Shown piece after piece: positions 62,176 through 64,000 of a stretch of 64,000 nt of DNA. Both the position numbers and the translations under genes were made by a program. This DNA is from Phaeosaccion multiseriatum. Its lineage: Eukaryota; Protista; Ochrophyta, other classes. Numbering within the stretch: position 1 is the stretch's first letter; the number at the start of each line of letters is the position of its first letter. A model generated the notes under the pieces. That model did no database searches, was not told where the DNA came from, and worked only from the letters and a program-made list of their open reading frames with translations. The DNA lies in NCBI GenBank assembly GCA_965112735.1, contig OZ218960.1, forward strand, positions 124,001 through 188,000. Direction: 5' to 3'.

Positions 62176-63900
62176 TTACGTGGTCTTGGCCTTGGCTGGC
62201 CTGGGTGTGGGCACGAGGAAGCTGAGGCCGAGCCACGCCACAGCGAGCATCACGTGACCCCCATAGTGATATCCGCCCCACACGGCGAGGGCAGCGTGCC
62301 AGCCCAGCACTTGGAAGGGCATGACGAGGTAGTTGACGAGCAATGTGTTGCAAACCTAAGGGAGGGAGGGAGGGAGGGCACATGCACGGATAGCACGCAC
62401 GCACACGCACATAGAGAGAGAGAGGGAGAGGGAGGGAGAGACGCAGGGAGAGATACGCCCACGCACGCACACACACGGATCGAAACATATAGAGAGTGTG
62501 AGAGAGAGGGAGCGACGGAGGGAGGGAGGGAGGGAGTAGAGGTTGGTTGGTTGGTTGGTTGGTTGACAAGAGGAGGCTTCACATCACGGGAAGGCTGAAC
62601 ATCGGAAGAGAGCGACAAGAGAGAAAGGGAGATGGAGAGCGAGAGCGAGACAAAGAGACAGCATAGACAGAGACAGAGAGAGCATACACACACACACACA
62701 CACACACACACAAAGACCTCTTCATGGATACCCCACCCCCCACCCCCCACCCCCCCACCTGTGCCGCTCGGTTGTAGTACCACTTGCAAGTCTTGCCGTC
62801 CGCGTTGAGGAAGCGGGGTCGCAGCTTTGTTCGAGCCACGCGGGCCGTCTCAGTGATCAGTGCCACAGATCTGACAAAGAGGAGGGGGAGGAGGAGGAGG
62901 AAGAAGAAGAGGAGGAGGAGGAGGAGAAGGGGGAGGGGGAGGAGGAGGAGGAGGAGGAGGAGGAGGAGGACGAGGAGGGGAAGGAGGAGGGGAAGGAGGA
63001 GGGGAAGGAGGAAGACAAGGGGGAGGAGGGGAAGGAGGAAGACAAGGAGAAGCAGGAGCGGTGCGACGAGTTGCCGTGTGAGAATCACATTTGTGAGAAT
63101 CACAAATCGAGCGAGACAGAGAACATACCGCCGACATGAACTATGCCCCTCTCCTCTCCCCCTTCTCTCCCCCCCCCCCCCCTCCCTCCTCCTTGCCCCC
63201 CGACCCTTACAGGAAGAAGAGGTAGTAGCCCGGGTAGAATCCGTGCCAAAAGGCGGAGACAAAGTACGTCGCCAAGAGCGACTTGTTGGTGCGTATGTAC
63301 ACACATCTCTCAAGCCAGCCCTGCGTGCGCTTGTTCCAGGCTCGGCTCAGGCCGGATACATTGTGTGCCGTTTCAAAGTCCCAAACGTCAATGTTGGACA
63401 CTTCGTCCCACTTGGCCTGAGAGGGGGAGGAGGAAGCCGGACAAGATGGACAAGATGGACAAGATGGACAAGATGGACAAGATGATGCGGTGGGTGGGAA
63501 GGTGCGTGCGTGCGTGCACGGCTCTTACGCCTCAAGTGAAGTGAAGTGGACTGACTCACCTTGCCCGTCTTGTCATCGATACCCCCGTAACCGAAGCCCG
63601 CGAGGTTGGCGCCTCCGTCAGAGACGGTCCACGCAAAGTAGTAGCGCAAACGCACGCAGAGGAGAGACACCCACTGCCAGCAGATGCGCTGCAAGGGAGG
63701 GAAGGGGGGGCATGACATGGAGGATTTTGGTGGTTGGCAGGTTGAAGAAGAAGCGGGTATCGGGTGTCAGGACACACGGAGCCTCAGCCTCACGGCCTGA
63801 CCTGCAGAATGGGCATGGCCAGCACTTTGGGCCCCGCGAGGCCGAGAGAGCCGTCGGACATGATGGGGAAGGAGGGGGTACCCGCCAGGTGAGCGCCCTG
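62176..63900 (-). CDS. MBOAT family lysophospholipid acyltransferase (LPCAT/ALE1-like), 3' part; gene continues beyond the window
   Basis: Motifs RYYFAW.VSDG...LAGFG, WDEVSNID...FETA.N......WNKRTQGWLERCVY.R and SAFWHGFYPGYYLFF (catalytic His), plus C-terminal KAKTT* (KxKxx ER retrieval). Confidence 0.9.
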
Positions 63901-64000
63901 ATGGAAGCGGGGCACGGGGGTAGGGGGGTATGGCAAGGGGCGGCGGCAACATATGAGGGTGGGAGGGGGGTGGGAGAGGGGGCGGCCACAAATTCGGTTC

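Noticed and set aside
61283-62257. Possible + strand gene between NFS1 and the MBOAT gene
   Set aside because: A donor (61388) and acceptor-like sites exist, but no coherent coding frame could be built; mostly CT-rich low complexity.
1-64000. tRNA, rRNA or snoRNA genes
   Set aside because: None recognisable by eye; a covariance-model scan (tRNAscan-SE/Infernal) would be needed to exclude them.

Overview
Eukaryotic nuclear DNA: GC-rich, packed with GT-AG introns and extremely microsatellite-rich. Gene content suggests a flagellated stramenopile, probably an ochrophyte alga (inferred from a mitochondrial HslV, ZMYND10, a bipartite-type plastid leader and TTAGGG repeats). Recognisable spliced genes: TatD nuclease, mitochondrial HslV, mitochondrial PheRS, a divergent cohesin subunit STAG/Scc3, NOC2, ZMYND10, SNF8/Vps22, CDC20, NFS1 and the 3' part of an MBOAT acyltransferase. 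Also present: a secreted HExxH metallopeptidase with a mucin stalk and Cys-rich repeats, two large low-complexity orphan genes, and a probable MITE. Most ORFs in the supplied track are shadows of repeats or antisense frames. The main unexplained signals are: (1) two dispersed 12-14-nt motifs, CAGTTGGTGATAC and GGATGGCAGTGGA, that recur many times and are positioned and oriented relative to splice sites; (2) a CDC20 3' end in which the LR-tail codons and the UGA-CGG stop are repeated seven times in frame; (3) a STAG/Scc3 whose conserved essential surface appears erased; (4) a ZMYND10 with no MYND finger. Exon boundaries were inferred by eye and no database searches were run.
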